A stretch of DNA of 64,000 bases, taken from IMG/VR virus record IMGVR_UViG_3300044846_005772; one strand, given 5' to 3'. The position numbers and the translations under genes are program-made. Below, in pieces: positions 20,312 to 30,272 of the stretch. Numbering within the stretch: the stretch's first letter is position 1; every line of letters begins with the position of its first letter. This DNA is from a virus. Lineage: Duplodnaviria > Heunggongvirae > Uroviricota > Caudoviricetes. A model generated the notes under the pieces. The model did not search any database, was not told where the DNA came from, and saw nothing but the letters and a program-made list of their open reading frames with translations.

Positions 20312-21229
20312 TTATCTAACGTCTTTAGTGATCCGATTGGGATCTTTTTGAGTGTCTTTGCAAAATTTATCTAGTTCTTGAGCAATAGCCGTATCATCCT
20401 GTGCTTTAGACAATTGAGCTATTACTGGAGCTAGTGCCATTTTAGTTATTCCCATAATCATGTTTCTCATTATGGGATTTGATTTAATCTCTTCAGTGGT
20501 CGCAGCAGGTATAGTATCAGTAACCTTAGGATCAGTTACGGATTGTATGCTGGCTGCTGGATCAATTTGAGTACTCGTAGTCGACTCTGGTGCATCAATA
20601 TTTGAAGAAACACCAACGTTTCTAAGAGCTGCATTTACTGTTTCTGTTAATTTTTGATTAAATCCAGGTTCAGATCTATATTCTAAAAAAGGATCAATGA
20701 ATCCAAGTAATTCAGAGTCAGATAATTTACGACCCCTTTCAATATTCAAACCAACTCTATGACCTTCTCCGCTAAGTTCATCGTTTGTGTTTCCTTCAAT
20801 CGTTTTTAGTTGATCGTTTTCAAAACCAAGTACAATACCAGTATGTCCCTTTCCAGAAGCAGCGCCTCCTCTGCTTTTAATAAAGATCATCCCAGGTAAA
20901 ATTAATGATGTATTTTTTCTAGCAGAATCTATATTAATCTTCATAGATTCTGGTGAATTTTTCCACATGCTTAACACAGATGCACTTGTCTTGAATGGAG
21001 GATTTTCAGAGAAAGCTAAATCAAATATCCATGAAACAAAAGCTGCACACCATGCCGCTGGAGAATTTATACCAACGTTACTCAACATCTTCTTAATCTC
21101 TGGAGAATTATTTGAGCCAGCTGGAGTTTCTTTAACTTTACTGTTTTGTGCAACAGCTGTTGCAAATTTTTGTATAAGTTGATCTGGATTTTCTTTCTCC
21201 TTTAAATATTGACTAAATGATTTGAGCAT
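20312..21229 (-). CDS. CHAP-domain peptidoglycan peptidase/amidase; N-terminal SFSQYLKE motif
   Basis: Cys in PAAWCAAFVSW and His in GHTGIVLG form a CHAP-like dyad. Confidence 0.6.
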   Translation of the reverse strand: MLKSFSQYLKEKENPDQLIQKFATAVAQNSKVKETPAGSNNSPEIKKMLSNVGINSPAAWCAAFVSWIFDLAFSENPPFKTSASVLSMWKNSPESMKINIDSARKNTSLILPGMIFIKSRGGAASGKGHTGIVLGFENDQLKTIEGNTNDELSGEGHRVGLNIERGRKLSDSELLGFIDPFLEYRSEPGFNQKLTETVNAALRNVGVSSNIDAPESTTSTQIDPAASIQSVTDPKVTDTIPAATTEEIKSNPIMRNMIMGITKMALAPVIAQLSKAQDDTAIAQELDKFCKDTQKDPNRITKDVR

Positions 21230-21550
21230 TATAGTTAAAAGTTTAGCTTTTGATTATTTATTTTTAAAAAGATAGCTTATCTTTAAGAAGAACCAACTTG
21301 TCCATGCAAATAGACACCAAACTGACACAGCTATCGCTAATTTTAAAGATCTCATACTTTATTTATAGAGAACTATCGTGGAAACCTGAGTAAAAATTAA
21401 CATGAATTACGATAAACACGATAGAGAATTACTTTACGCAAAATTTAGAGAATGCTACCCAAATGGAAATAAGGAGAAACAAAGAAAATTTTCTCAAGAA
21501 ATTGCTGATTCTAGAGTCGGTGTGTACATAGAAATATTTTCTTCAAAAAA

Positions 21551-21922
21551 ATGAAAAAAGTTTTATTCTTCTTCGATGCTCCAAAATATCCATTACTATC
21601 ATGGTTTATAATATGCATAATATATTCAATATTGCGTGTATTCAAACTAAACAACAGTCTTATTCTGAGCATAGTCATTCAACTAATCGCATTTGACTGT
21701 TTCGAAATATATTTTCTAAATAGAATAAGAGAGAAGGTAGTTAAGAATCTAACTAAAGAATATGGACAATCGGCAGAAGATGCTATAATTCTTGATGAAG
21801 CTTTTGCTAGATATAGAAGAACGCTTTCATATTTATGGGTAATATTGCTGGCTATCGTGGTAACTTTTTGCCTAACTTTCACAATCTCGATATTATTAGA
21901 ATCGATCTTTGCTAATAAATAA
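21551..21922 (+). CDS. small multi-pass membrane protein (holin-like candidate)
   Basis: 2-3 hydrophobic segments in 123 aa. Confidence 0.35.
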   Translation: MKKVLFFFDAPKYPLLSWFIICIIYSILRVFKLNNSLILSIVIQLIAFDCFEIYFLNRIREKVVKNLTKEYGQSAEDAIILDEAFARYRRTLSYLWVILLAIVVTFCLTFTISILLESIFANK

Positions 21923-22361
21923 AGATATGGAGACACTTCAATTTACTACAAAATTACGATCTTCTGACGTAAGTGTGTATGGCGAACCTAAATTGGGTAG
22001 GGACTTTGGATATTCTGATTTTCCACAGTATGATCCAAAGATTCAAGATATTTACTTTGAAATACGTGACAAGCTAACCGTTACGTGGACAGCTGACCTT
22101 AGAATAGGCAAAGAAGGAATATTTGGGGCTGAAATCAACATCAATTCAATTGTTGGAGAAGCAGTACTTGATGTATGGTCTGAAGAAACAGACTACGACC
22201 GGACAATACCAATAGAAATGTCCATCAACTTCGCTGACTCTAGTGAGGACGAAGGATGGACATATCAGTTGGAATTTGATAGCTCTAAATTTGGACAAAT
22301 TTCAATAAATGATATTGAAATTCACCTAGATAAAAGAGAAGTCACAATAAACTTTGCCTAA
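21909..22361 (+). CDS. hypothetical protein (150 aa)
   Basis: ORF. Confidence 0.45.
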   Translation: MLINKDMETLQFTTKLRSSDVSVYGEPKLGRDFGYSDFPQYDPKIQDIYFEIRDKLTVTWTADLRIGKEGIFGAEININSIVGEAVLDVWSEETDYDRTIPIEMSINFADSSEDEGWTYQLEFDSSKFGQISINDIEIHLDKREVTINFA

Positions 22362-22362
22362 G

Positions 22363-22746
22363 TTATAGGTCATTTGCCGAGCCAGATGCAATGAATGCCA
22401 TGATGCTTCTGATGTTTCTCTGCTCGTTTGCAAGTTTCTCAAGGTTGATCTTAATCATTTGAATTTGCTTGTCTAAATCACCCAAGCTTGCTGCAATCTC
22501 ACATAGTTGCGGATGCGCCTTCGCTCTTTCAGAAAGAGCAGCATCACGAGACTCAGCGTTTGAATACACTTTCTTTCCATTGTCATCAACTTCGGTCAAG
22601 ATGTTCATCTTGATCTGTAACTCAAGATCAACTTGCTCATTTTTTAAGTCTTGACTCTTTTGTTGCAACTCCATTAATTGAGTTGACACTTCTGCGATTT
22701 GTGCAGGCAATTGATCTAAACGATCGATTAATTGCTGGTTTTTCAT
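22363..22746 (-). CDS. coiled-coil hypothetical protein
   Basis: Heptad-like Q/L/E-rich sequence. Confidence 0.45.
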   Translation of the reverse strand: MKNQQLIDRLDQLPAQIAEVSTQLMELQQKSQDLKNEQVDLELQIKMNILTEVDDNGKKVYSNAESRDAALSERAKAHPQLCEIAASLGDLDKQIQMIKINLEKLANEQRNIRSIMAFIASGSANDL

Positions 22747-23382
22747 TTATTTTTTAGTTTTAATGATTTTCTTTTTACGGATCGGTACTTGATACTTTAG
22801 CATCTTTTCAAGTTCAGCTAACGTTATCTCCTTTCCGACTGAGTCGTTTATTTTATTAGTAAACAGTAGAACATGCGTAACTTTCAGGGTCGATAGTGAT
22901 TGTACAACTTTCCAACAATATGTTGGAACTTGTATTCCTTTCTCAATAGTTCCTGTCCAAATTCCTCCAGTTATTATCAATAAGGAGTCTTTTTGAGATT
23001 CCTGTCTAATTGTTGTTTCCCAGACTTTCCAAGGACCTCGGTTTAGGTTCGGAGTCTGCGGTAGACAGTTATAGTATCTAAATGTCAATTCATCTTTAAC
23101 GCAATCATATGCAAAATCCTCAGCATTTGCTAAATGTCCTCTGTCAAAACCAGATCTAGTGTACTCCGAATTATCAACCATTGCTAATTCAGTATCATTT
23201 ATAAATCTAAATTTCGATCGACTACATTCTCCTCCTCCTTTCCAAAGAACATACTTTACATACATTGGTTGCTGTAAAGAGTATGAGTAATAAGATTGAT
23301 AAATTCCTCGATCGATTATCGTATCTTGAGAAAAGGAAAGTAGTTGTAATACGATCCCAAGAGTAAGTAGCATAAACTTCAT
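22747..23382 (-). CDS. secreted DNA/RNA non-specific endonuclease (NUC family)
   Basis: N-terminal signal peptide and DRGHLANAED active-site motif. Confidence 0.7.
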   Translation of the reverse strand: MKFMLLTLGIVLQLLSFSQDTIIDRGIYQSYYSYSLQQPMYVKYVLWKGGGECSRSKFRFINDTELAMVDNSEYTRSGFDRGHLANAEDFAYDCVKDELTFRYYNCLPQTPNLNRGPWKVWETTIRQESQKDSLLIITGGIWTGTIEKGIQVPTYCWKVVQSLSTLKVTHVLLFTNKINDSVGKEITLAELEKMLKYQVPIRKKKIIKTKK

Positions 23383-23406
23383 GATTCGCGTTTATGCTAT
23401 TTATTT

Positions 23407-23649
23407 TTAATAATCGTCTATTGAAGCTTTAACTTCAATCAGTTCGCCTTCGCCGTCTACGTAATCCATTCTCCATAAAGTAAGCTCATTATCTACTTTA
23501 GAGATCGCAGCCAAACCACAACCTTCACAAATGAATCCGGATTGCATGTAACCGTCATTTAAAGATTCAAATATCTCACGTATGTCAATGTCCGGTTTAA
23601 CGTCTTCGCCAAACATATGATTTGCGCATTTAGTACAAAAATCTGCCAT
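23407..23649 (-). CDS. small Cys-containing hypothetical protein
   Basis: CTKC...CEGC pairs. Confidence 0.4.
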   Translation of the reverse strand: MADFCTKCANHMFGEDVKPDIDIREIFESLNDGYMQSGFICEGCGLAAISKVDNELTLWRMDYVDGEGELIEVKASIDDY

Positions 23650-23724
23650 AGTAAAATTATACTCAATATTTGAAACATTTAAAAATAGTTATAACATTTT
23701 TTTGAAATTTAGTATAATTGATAC

Positions 23725-24294
23725 ATGAAAATAATCTTTTTGGATATTGACGGTGTGCTGAATTGCCAGGATGCGTATGCTGCCGGTGAATGCGAATATG
23801 TTGAATGGACTAATGGGGATCAACATCAAGCTTTTTGCTCATGGAGCAAAGAATGGTTGAATAAGCTGATTGCTGAAAGTGAGGCAAAGATCGTCATCAG
23901 CTCTACTTGGAGGCATTCAGGCATTGAATATATGAAAAAGGTTTGGGAACTTGAAGGTATGCCTGGCGAAATCATTGGACTTACCCCAAACTTTAGAGGA
24001 GACATCAATGGCTATACTGTACCTCGAGGATGTGAAATTGAGAAGTGGTTAAGAGACAATGGCTTTCATCATATTAATTGGAGCCGTGACGCGCAGAACG
24101 AAAACATTCAAAAATCTGGCATTGAAAACTATTTGATTATTGATGATGATAGTGATATGCTCTACAGCCAAAGACATAACTTTTTGCATGTGCTACCTTC
24201 ACCGAGAAACACTCGTGGATTTGACCGCGATCATTATGTAAAAGGCATGCAAATACTTAGTTGGACAGTAACAGAACAAACATACGGAATATGA
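23725..24294 (+). CDS. HAD-superfamily phosphatase / nucleotidase-like
   Basis: N-terminal IIFLDIDGVLN motif I. Confidence 0.55.
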   Translation: MKIIFLDIDGVLNCQDAYAAGECEYVEWTNGDQHQAFCSWSKEWLNKLIAESEAKIVISSTWRHSGIEYMKKVWELEGMPGEIIGLTPNFRGDINGYTVPRGCEIEKWLRDNGFHHINWSRDAQNENIQKSGIENYLIIDDDSDMLYSQRHNFLHVLPSPRNTRGFDRDHYVKGMQILSWTVTEQTYGI

Positions 24295-24590
24295 AAAGCA
24301 TAACAATAGCAGGAAGAACCTTCCAATACGAAACTTGGTGGGAATCATATGGCGAAGATATCGGATCAGAACCGGTGACAATTTTTTACGAAGGGACTAA
24401 AATTGTCACATATCGAAAGTGGTGGATATTCGGTCCAAAATTGGAGAAGGAAGTTCCAAGAGAAGTTTTTAGAATCTATGCAGATTCTAACGACATCGAC
24501 CTTTCAAAAAGTTGGTGGTTCAGTAGGATAAGCAATAAAGTAGAGCTTCTTAATCGTAAAGAAGAAATTGAAAAAGGAGAATTGATATAA
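24261..24590 (+). CDS. hypothetical Trp-rich protein
   Basis: ORF; the true start is probably the internal Met (MKSITIAG). Confidence 0.4.
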   Translation: MDSNRTNIRNMKSITIAGRTFQYETWWESYGEDIGSEPVTIFYEGTKIVTYRKWWIFGPKLEKEVPREVFRIYADSNDIDLSKSWWFSRISNKVELLNRKEEIEKGELI

Positions 24591-24591
24591 C

Positions 24592-25173
24592 ATGGTAAAT
24601 AACTTTGAACTAATAAAGAGCATACTTCAATTTAGAAGTGAGGATGATTTTTATCATTTACAGATAATCAAGCGAAAGAAGGAAAATCCAGAAATAGGAT
24701 CAAATTCATATGTGATAAAGACTTATTATATCACATCCGAATCTCATCTAGAAAAGCTATTTCCAGAGATAGTAAATCTTTGCGAGTTTAATAATGCACG
24801 AGCATGCATAAACTTGAATAGAAGATCCTTTGAGAGAATAGCGTTTCACGTTCTAAAGAAAGTAACTGATCAGATCATGAACAAGGATTTTAAGTCAGCT
24901 CGAAAGGCGTACGAGTCGGTGTGTGGAGAATACTCAGCTGATCCTGAAAAGAAATGGATTATCGATATTGATAATTTCGATGAGATCTTTGACCGAGAAG
25001 TTCAGATGTACATTGCAAGCTTGCAACCAATTGGAGCGAAAGTTATTGCAAATATTCCTACTAAGCACGGTCATCATCTTATCTGTTCTCCATTTAGGCT
25101 TGATGAATTTAAGCAAAAATACTCTGAGCTCGACATACATAAAGATAATCCAACAATCTTGTATATTCCTTAA
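24592..25173 (+). CDS. hypothetical protein (193 aa)
   Basis: ORF. Confidence 0.45.
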   Translation: MVNNFELIKSILQFRSEDDFYHLQIIKRKKENPEIGSNSYVIKTYYITSESHLEKLFPEIVNLCEFNNARACINLNRRSFERIAFHVLKKVTDQIMNKDFKSARKAYESVCGEYSADPEKKWIIDIDNFDEIFDREVQMYIASLQPIGAKVIANIPTKHGHHLICSPFRLDEFKQKYSELDIHKDNPTILYIP

Positions 25174-25205
25174 AACTTTAGATAAATTCCTAGTAAAAAA
25201 TAGTT

Positions 25206-25481
25206 ATGATTAGCAAAGTTAGAATAAGTATTGTGTTAATACTGATTGTAGTTTTTACAACAAGTATACTAATGTTCTTATCTGAAAGAAATACAAGGTC
25301 TTCTCTTTATAAAATAATTGCTCAGGACAAACAGTACTATTACACTAATTCGTATTCTGAGAAAGATGGATGCATAACTTTTACTCAAGAGAATCACAAT
25401 ATTCCATTGACTCAGAACAATGTGTACACAATAACTCTATGCGGCAACTTCACGATAATTCAACAAGTCTCCGCAAAATAA
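25206..25481 (+). CDS. small membrane hypothetical protein
   Basis: N-terminal TM helix; overlaps an alternative ORF. Confidence 0.3.
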   Translation: MISKVRISIVLILIVVFTTSILMFLSERNTRSSLYKIIAQDKQYYYTNSYSEKDGCITFTQENHNIPLTQNNVYTITLCGNFTIIQQVSAK

Positions 25482-25768
25482 GTTTGTTAGATTGGACTGT
25501 TAAGTCAGTTGATCATGAATGCGTTATCTTAGAAATATCTGAAAAAGTTTCTTTGGAAGATCTTCAGTTTAGTCTCATTGATGAAAATAGAATTCCAATA
25601 CTTAAAATCAAAGTAACTTCGCATAAGATAGAGATATGTTCTCATCTAGTTCGACCTACTTTTGCTCAACTTGGGGATTCAGTAAAATACGTAAAAGGCA
25701 GTGAATTGTGAACTTACACTTTTGCAAGTATTAAAACCTGACGAATTTTAAAAGTAAAAGATAAGTAG

Positions 25769-26527
25769 ATGAGAATAGCTGTCTGTTTATCAGGTCATAG
25801 TAGAAATTATCTACAAAACGTACCAAACTTTCCATTTGAAGTTGATTATTTTATCTCTTCGTGTATGGAATCTGGGTTACCTAATATACACACCCAATCT
25901 TTCATATCATATCATTCACAAAATAATGTTAGAACAGAGTTAGCTAATTTGAATGATATACTTACAAAGTATAATCCGAAAGCTTGGGAATTTTTATATG
26001 ATACTACTATACCTGCTGAAGTTGAAAGATATATTGGTCTAAAAACAAAAAATAACAGTTATTTACATCATATTGCTATGATGTTTTATCGTATCTATAG
26101 GGCAAATGTGTTAAAATCTGAACATGAAAGATCGTATAACTTCACATATGATTTCGTGATTAGAAGTAGATTCGATGTTAAAGTTAATTCATTTGAATTT
26201 GATCAAAATTATTTGTATATGTTGAAGGGTCCAGATGGGATTCTAGATCTATTCTTTGCAGGTAAATCATATATAATTGATTCAATATGTAACTGCTATC
26301 TATGGTTTATACAACAGAGTCCAGACTATCTTCAATCGTTCAATAATGCTGAAAATATTCTTTTTCACTATGTTTGTAATTTAAAATTGAATCAGCCTAT
26401 GTTGAACACGTTTACAATAACTTTCAATAAAGACTATCCAGTGCAATATAGCATAATCAAAAATGGTTTAATGAAGTCCTTCGATCAAGATAATCATGTA
26501 TTTCTTGATGACCTAAATATTTTATAA
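25769..26527 (+). CDS. putative glycan-biosynthesis protein, paralog 1 (GT-like N-terminus)
   Basis: Starts MRIAVCLSGHSR, identical to the next gene; tandem duplicate. Confidence 0.5.
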   Translation: MRIAVCLSGHSRNYLQNVPNFPFEVDYFISSCMESGLPNIHTQSFISYHSQNNVRTELANLNDILTKYNPKAWEFLYDTTIPAEVERYIGLKTKNNSYLHHIAMMFYRIYRANVLKSEHERSYNFTYDFVIRSRFDVKVNSFEFDQNYLYMLKGPDGILDLFFAGKSYIIDSICNCYLWFIQQSPDYLQSFNNAENILFHYVCNLKLNQPMLNTFTITFNKDYPVQYSIIKNGLMKSFDQDNHVFLDDLNIL

Positions 26528-26528
26528 A

Positions 26529-27227
26529 ATGAGAATTGCTGTTTGTTTATCAGGTCATAGTCGGTACTTTAATGAAATAATGTTGCCCGAATTGGATGCT
26601 GATTACTTTATATCAACATATAAACAAGATGGATATCGACCAGTACATACGATAGACAACCCAATCGCTTATCATTTTTTTGATCATGTCGATACAACGT
26701 CTGCGAATATTAATGATATATTGAATAAGTATAATCCTAAATCAATTATAATATCAGACGACACCTGCATAGAAAATATAAAGAATAAATTTGGCGATGC
26801 TTTGACTTATTCTGGTGTTATTATTAGAAATGTTGCATCAATGTTTTATAAAATAAAACAAGCGAATGATCTAAAAAAGCAATATGAAATTGACAATAAT
26901 TTCAAATATGATTTTGTTTTTAGATACAGATTCGATACTAAATTAGACAGCATTACTTTTAATAGATTAGACACGTCAATGTACATAAAAAATAAAGGAG
27001 AATCTTCTTTTTATGATATGATGTATGGTGGAAACAGTTATGTCATGGATATTGCATCGAACTGCTTCGACTGGATGATGCAGGAATCTATTGAAAATCT
27101 AGCAAAGTTGAAAGATGCTGAGCATATTTTATTTCAATACTTAAAAAAATCGTTACCGCATATTACACTTAATGATAATTTCAAATATACTTTCTATAGT
27201 TTAAGAGACGGGACATATACAATATGA
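26529..27227 (+). CDS. putative glycan-biosynthesis protein, paralog 2
   Basis: Shares MRIAVCLSGHSR...YNPK...FRYRFD blocks with paralog 1. Confidence 0.5.
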   Translation: MRIAVCLSGHSRYFNEIMLPELDADYFISTYKQDGYRPVHTIDNPIAYHFFDHVDTTSANINDILNKYNPKSIIISDDTCIENIKNKFGDALTYSGVIIRNVASMFYKIKQANDLKKQYEIDNNFKYDFVFRYRFDTKLDSITFNRLDTSMYIKNKGESSFYDMMYGGNSYVMDIASNCFDWMMQESIENLAKLKDAEHILFQYLKKSLPHITLNDNFKYTFYSLRDGTYTI

Positions 27228-28597
27228 AAAAAATTAAACTAATTATCTTTGATTTAGACGGTGTTCTAATTGATGCAAAGAATATACATTTTGATTCATT
27301 AAATCTAGCTCTAGGCGAATACGCTATTGACTGGGATGAACACTTATCAATTTATGATGGATTAAAAACTAGTCAAAAATTAGAAATGTTACATGATCGT
27401 AAAGGACTGCCTAGGGAAAATTTCAAGCGTATTTGGGAAGAAAAACAAAAATACACGTTAGCTTCTCTAAGTAAAGTAGGAGAATCTGATCGCCTTCGAG
27501 AGTGTATGTTCTCTCTTGCTAGTGATGGTTATAAAATAGCAGTCTGTTCAAACAGTATACGAAAAACCGTTTTAACTGTTTTATCTAAATTAGGTATAAT
27601 TGAATACATGGATTTGATTATATCTAATGAAGATGTTAAAAATTCAAAACCTCATCCTGAAATGTACTGGAAAGCTATTTCAATGATGAGTTGTTTACCT
27701 GAGGAGACACTAATAGTTGAGGATTCGCCGTATGGACTATTAGCAGCATCTAGGGCTAAAGCTAATATTCTAAGAGTCACGCATCCGAATGAAGTAACGT
27801 ATGATAGTTTACGTAAAAAAATAAATGAAATAAGCACAGGAAGTATTATGATAACACCTAAATGGAAAGATGAAAAACTAAATATACTCGTTCCGATGGC
27901 TGGTGCAGGAAGTAGATTCGAGCAAGCTGGTTATACTTTTCCAAAACCTCTTATCGACGTAAATGGGAAGCCTATGATACAAGTAGTAATTGAGAATTTG
28001 AATATTGACGCAAATTACATATTCGTTGTTCAAAAAGAGCACAGAGAAAAATATAATTTAGATACTATGCTATCTTTAATTGCGCCGGGCTGCAAAATTG
28101 TCGAAACTGACCGACTAACACAAGGAGCCGCATGTACAGCGCTTTTAGCTAAAGAACACATTGATAATGACTCACCATTATTCTTTGCAAATTCAGATCA
28201 ATTTGTTGAATGGGACTCAAATGAGTTTATGTATAAAATGAATGAAACTAATGCAGACGGAGGAATAGTTACTTTTAAAGCGGCTCATCCAAAATGGTCC
28301 TTTGCTAAAATAGATTTAGAGACAGGCTGCGTAACTGAAGTTGCTGAAAAAAATCCAATATCGGACGACGCAACAGTCGGCTATTACTACTGGAAAATAG
28401 GTTCAGATTTTGTTAAGTATGCGGAACGTATGATAGAAAAAAACATTAGAGTAAATAATGAGTTCTATGTATGTCCAGTCTTCAATCAAGCTATTGAAGA
28501 TAATAAAAAAATACGCACGTTTACTGCAGACAAAATGTGGGGCTTAGGAACGCCTGAAGATTTAAAATATTATATTGAAAATTATGGGAAAAACTAA
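27224..28597 (+). CDS. bifunctional HAD phosphatase/phosphomutase-like + sugar-phosphate nucleotidyltransferase
   Basis: N-terminal IIFDLDGVLIDA (HAD motif I). Second half LVPMAGAGSRFEQAGYTFPKPLIDVNGKPMIQ is an NTP-transferase glycine-rich loop. Confidence 0.7.
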   Translation: MKKIKLIIFDLDGVLIDAKNIHFDSLNLALGEYAIDWDEHLSIYDGLKTSQKLEMLHDRKGLPRENFKRIWEEKQKYTLASLSKVGESDRLRECMFSLASDGYKIAVCSNSIRKTVLTVLSKLGIIEYMDLIISNEDVKNSKPHPEMYWKAISMMSCLPEETLIVEDSPYGLLAASRAKANILRVTHPNEVTYDSLRKKINEISTGSIMITPKWKDEKLNILVPMAGAGSRFEQAGYTFPKPLIDVNGKPMIQVVIENLNIDANYIFVVQKEHREKYNLDTMLSLIAPGCKIVETDRLTQGAACTALLAKEHIDNDSPLFFANSDQFVEWDSNEFMYKMNETNADGGIVTFKAAHPKWSFAKIDLETGCVTEVAEKNPISDDATVGYYYWKIGSDFVKYAERMIEKNIRVNNEFYVCPVFNQAIEDNKKIRTFTADKMWGLGTPEDLKYYIENYGKN

Positions 28598-29165
28598 AAT
28601 TGAAGTTGGCGCGAATAGCGGCGTCGACACTGAATTACTAGCGAGCGATGGTTCTATCGTATATGCGTTTGAACCTACTCATGAACTATTGAACACTCTG
28701 TGGGATAGGTTTAAAGAAAATAATAATGTCAAAATATTGCCGTTTGCAGTTGATACTGAGAACGGATTTGCTACATTTAAAGTCGCAGGCCATTGGGACT
28801 GGGGCTGCAGTAGTTTACATGATTTTTCTGGCCAATGGGAAAGAGAAGATTTTCACGTAACTCATACTTATCAAGTGCCTAAAATAACATTATTCGATTT
28901 TTGTAATCTTTATAATATTACAAAAATAGATTATCTCTGGATTGACGCTCAAGGTAATGACTTTAATTGTTTGTTATCGTTGAAGGATAAAATCAATTTA
29001 GTCGTTGAGGGTAGATGCGAAGTCGCCTTAAATTTAGAATTGTATAAAGACACAAATAACCATATCAATTACGTAAAGCCATGGTTAGAAACACATGGAT
29101 TCACAGTTGAAATACATCCAGATGGAACATCGGCTGAAGCTAATTTGATATTTTATAGAAAATGA
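28575..29165 (+). CDS. FkbM-family methyltransferase
   Basis: GANSGVDTELLA SAM motif; size 196 aa. Confidence 0.55.
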   Translation: MKIMGKTKIEVGANSGVDTELLASDGSIVYAFEPTHELLNTLWDRFKENNNVKILPFAVDTENGFATFKVAGHWDWGCSSLHDFSGQWEREDFHVTHTYQVPKITLFDFCNLYNITKIDYLWIDAQGNDFNCLLSLKDKINLVVEGRCEVALNLELYKDTNNHINYVKPWLETHGFTVEIHPDGTSAEANLIFYRK

Positions 29166-29614
29166 AACTAATATCTCATAGAGGTAACATTCGTGGACCC
29201 ATTCAAGAATTAGAGAATAGTCCAGAGTATATTGAAACTGCAATAACTCTAGGCTTTGATGTGGAAGTAGATGTGAGAATAAGAAATAATAAATTATTTC
29301 TAGGTCATGATGAACCACAATTTGAATTAAGTATTAACTTTTTAGAAAAATATTATTCAAAATTATGGTTACATTGTAAGGAAATTGAAGTCATCGAAAA
29401 GTTTAACGAATTAGATCCGAATGGAACACATCTACATTACTTTTGGCATGAAAATGATGTAATGGCTCTAACAAGTAAAGGCAATATATGGGCATATCCC
29501 GGAAAGCAGCCTATTTTAAATAGCATAGCAGTTTTGCCCGAAATCAACGGTGATGACGTCTCTAAATGTTATGGAGTATGCAGTGATTTTATAACAAATT
29601 ATAGAAGTATATGA
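29162..29614 (+). CDS. glycerophosphodiester phosphodiesterase (GDPD)-like protein
   Basis: ISHRGN...ENS...A...GFDVEVDVR...LGHDE matches the GDPD N-terminal signature. Confidence 0.55.
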   Translation: MKLISHRGNIRGPIQELENSPEYIETAITLGFDVEVDVRIRNNKLFLGHDEPQFELSINFLEKYYSKLWLHCKEIEVIEKFNELDPNGTHLHYFWHENDVMALTSKGNIWAYPGKQPILNSIAVLPEINGDDVSKCYGVCSDFITNYRSI

Positions 29615-30267
29615 AAATAGAATTAAAGAAAGATCAGCGACTGTGGTTCACAAGCGATACTCACTATAATCATGCAAACATATGTAGTGCTACTACACGG
29701 TGGGTAGGCGCAGATAACTTAACTCGTAAATTTAGCTCCTTGGAGAGAATGAATGATGAACTAGTTTTTTGGATTAATCACCGTGTAGAGCAGGACGATA
29801 TTCTAATTCATCTAGGTGACTGGTCATTTGGCGGATTTGAAAGCATCAAAGCATTTAGGGATCGTATTGTATGCCAGAACGTACACCTAGTACTAGGTAA
29901 CCACGATCACCATATCCAACGAAACAAGGACGATGTACAAAGCTTATTCAGCTCAGTGCACGAATACTTGTACTTGGAAGTTAAACGTCCTGGTACTACT
30001 AAGAAGGATGCGATAGATCGATTCGCTTTTGTTTGTATGCACTATCCGATTGCTAGTTGGAACAATATGAACAACGGAGCCATTCACTTACATGGACACG
30101 TTCACTTACCTAATCACCTTAGAGTAGCTGATGGTAAAGCTATGGATGTTGGCGTTGATGGAAATAACTTAGAGCCAATTAGCATGGAAGAGGTTCTTCG
30201 AATAATGAACAAGCGACCAATCGCTAAATTGGCTCTTCCAAAAGATCATCATGAAAAAAGAATATAG
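29611..30267 (+). CDS. metallophosphoesterase
   Basis: DTHYNH, GDWSFG and GNHDHH motifs. Confidence 0.65.
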   Translation: MKIELKKDQRLWFTSDTHYNHANICSATTRWVGADNLTRKFSSLERMNDELVFWINHRVEQDDILIHLGDWSFGGFESIKAFRDRIVCQNVHLVLGNHDHHIQRNKDDVQSLFSSVHEYLYLEVKRPGTTKKDAIDRFAFVCMHYPIASWNNMNNGAIHLHGHVHLPNHLRVADGKAMDVGVDGNNLEPISMEEVLRIMNKRPIAKLALPKDHHEKRI

Positions 30268-30272
30268 TCTGT

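Noticed and set aside
25370-25711. ORF 25370-25711 overlapping 25206-25481
   Set aside because: Two mutually exclusive frames with no features to choose between them. Only the upstream one is listed, at low confidence.
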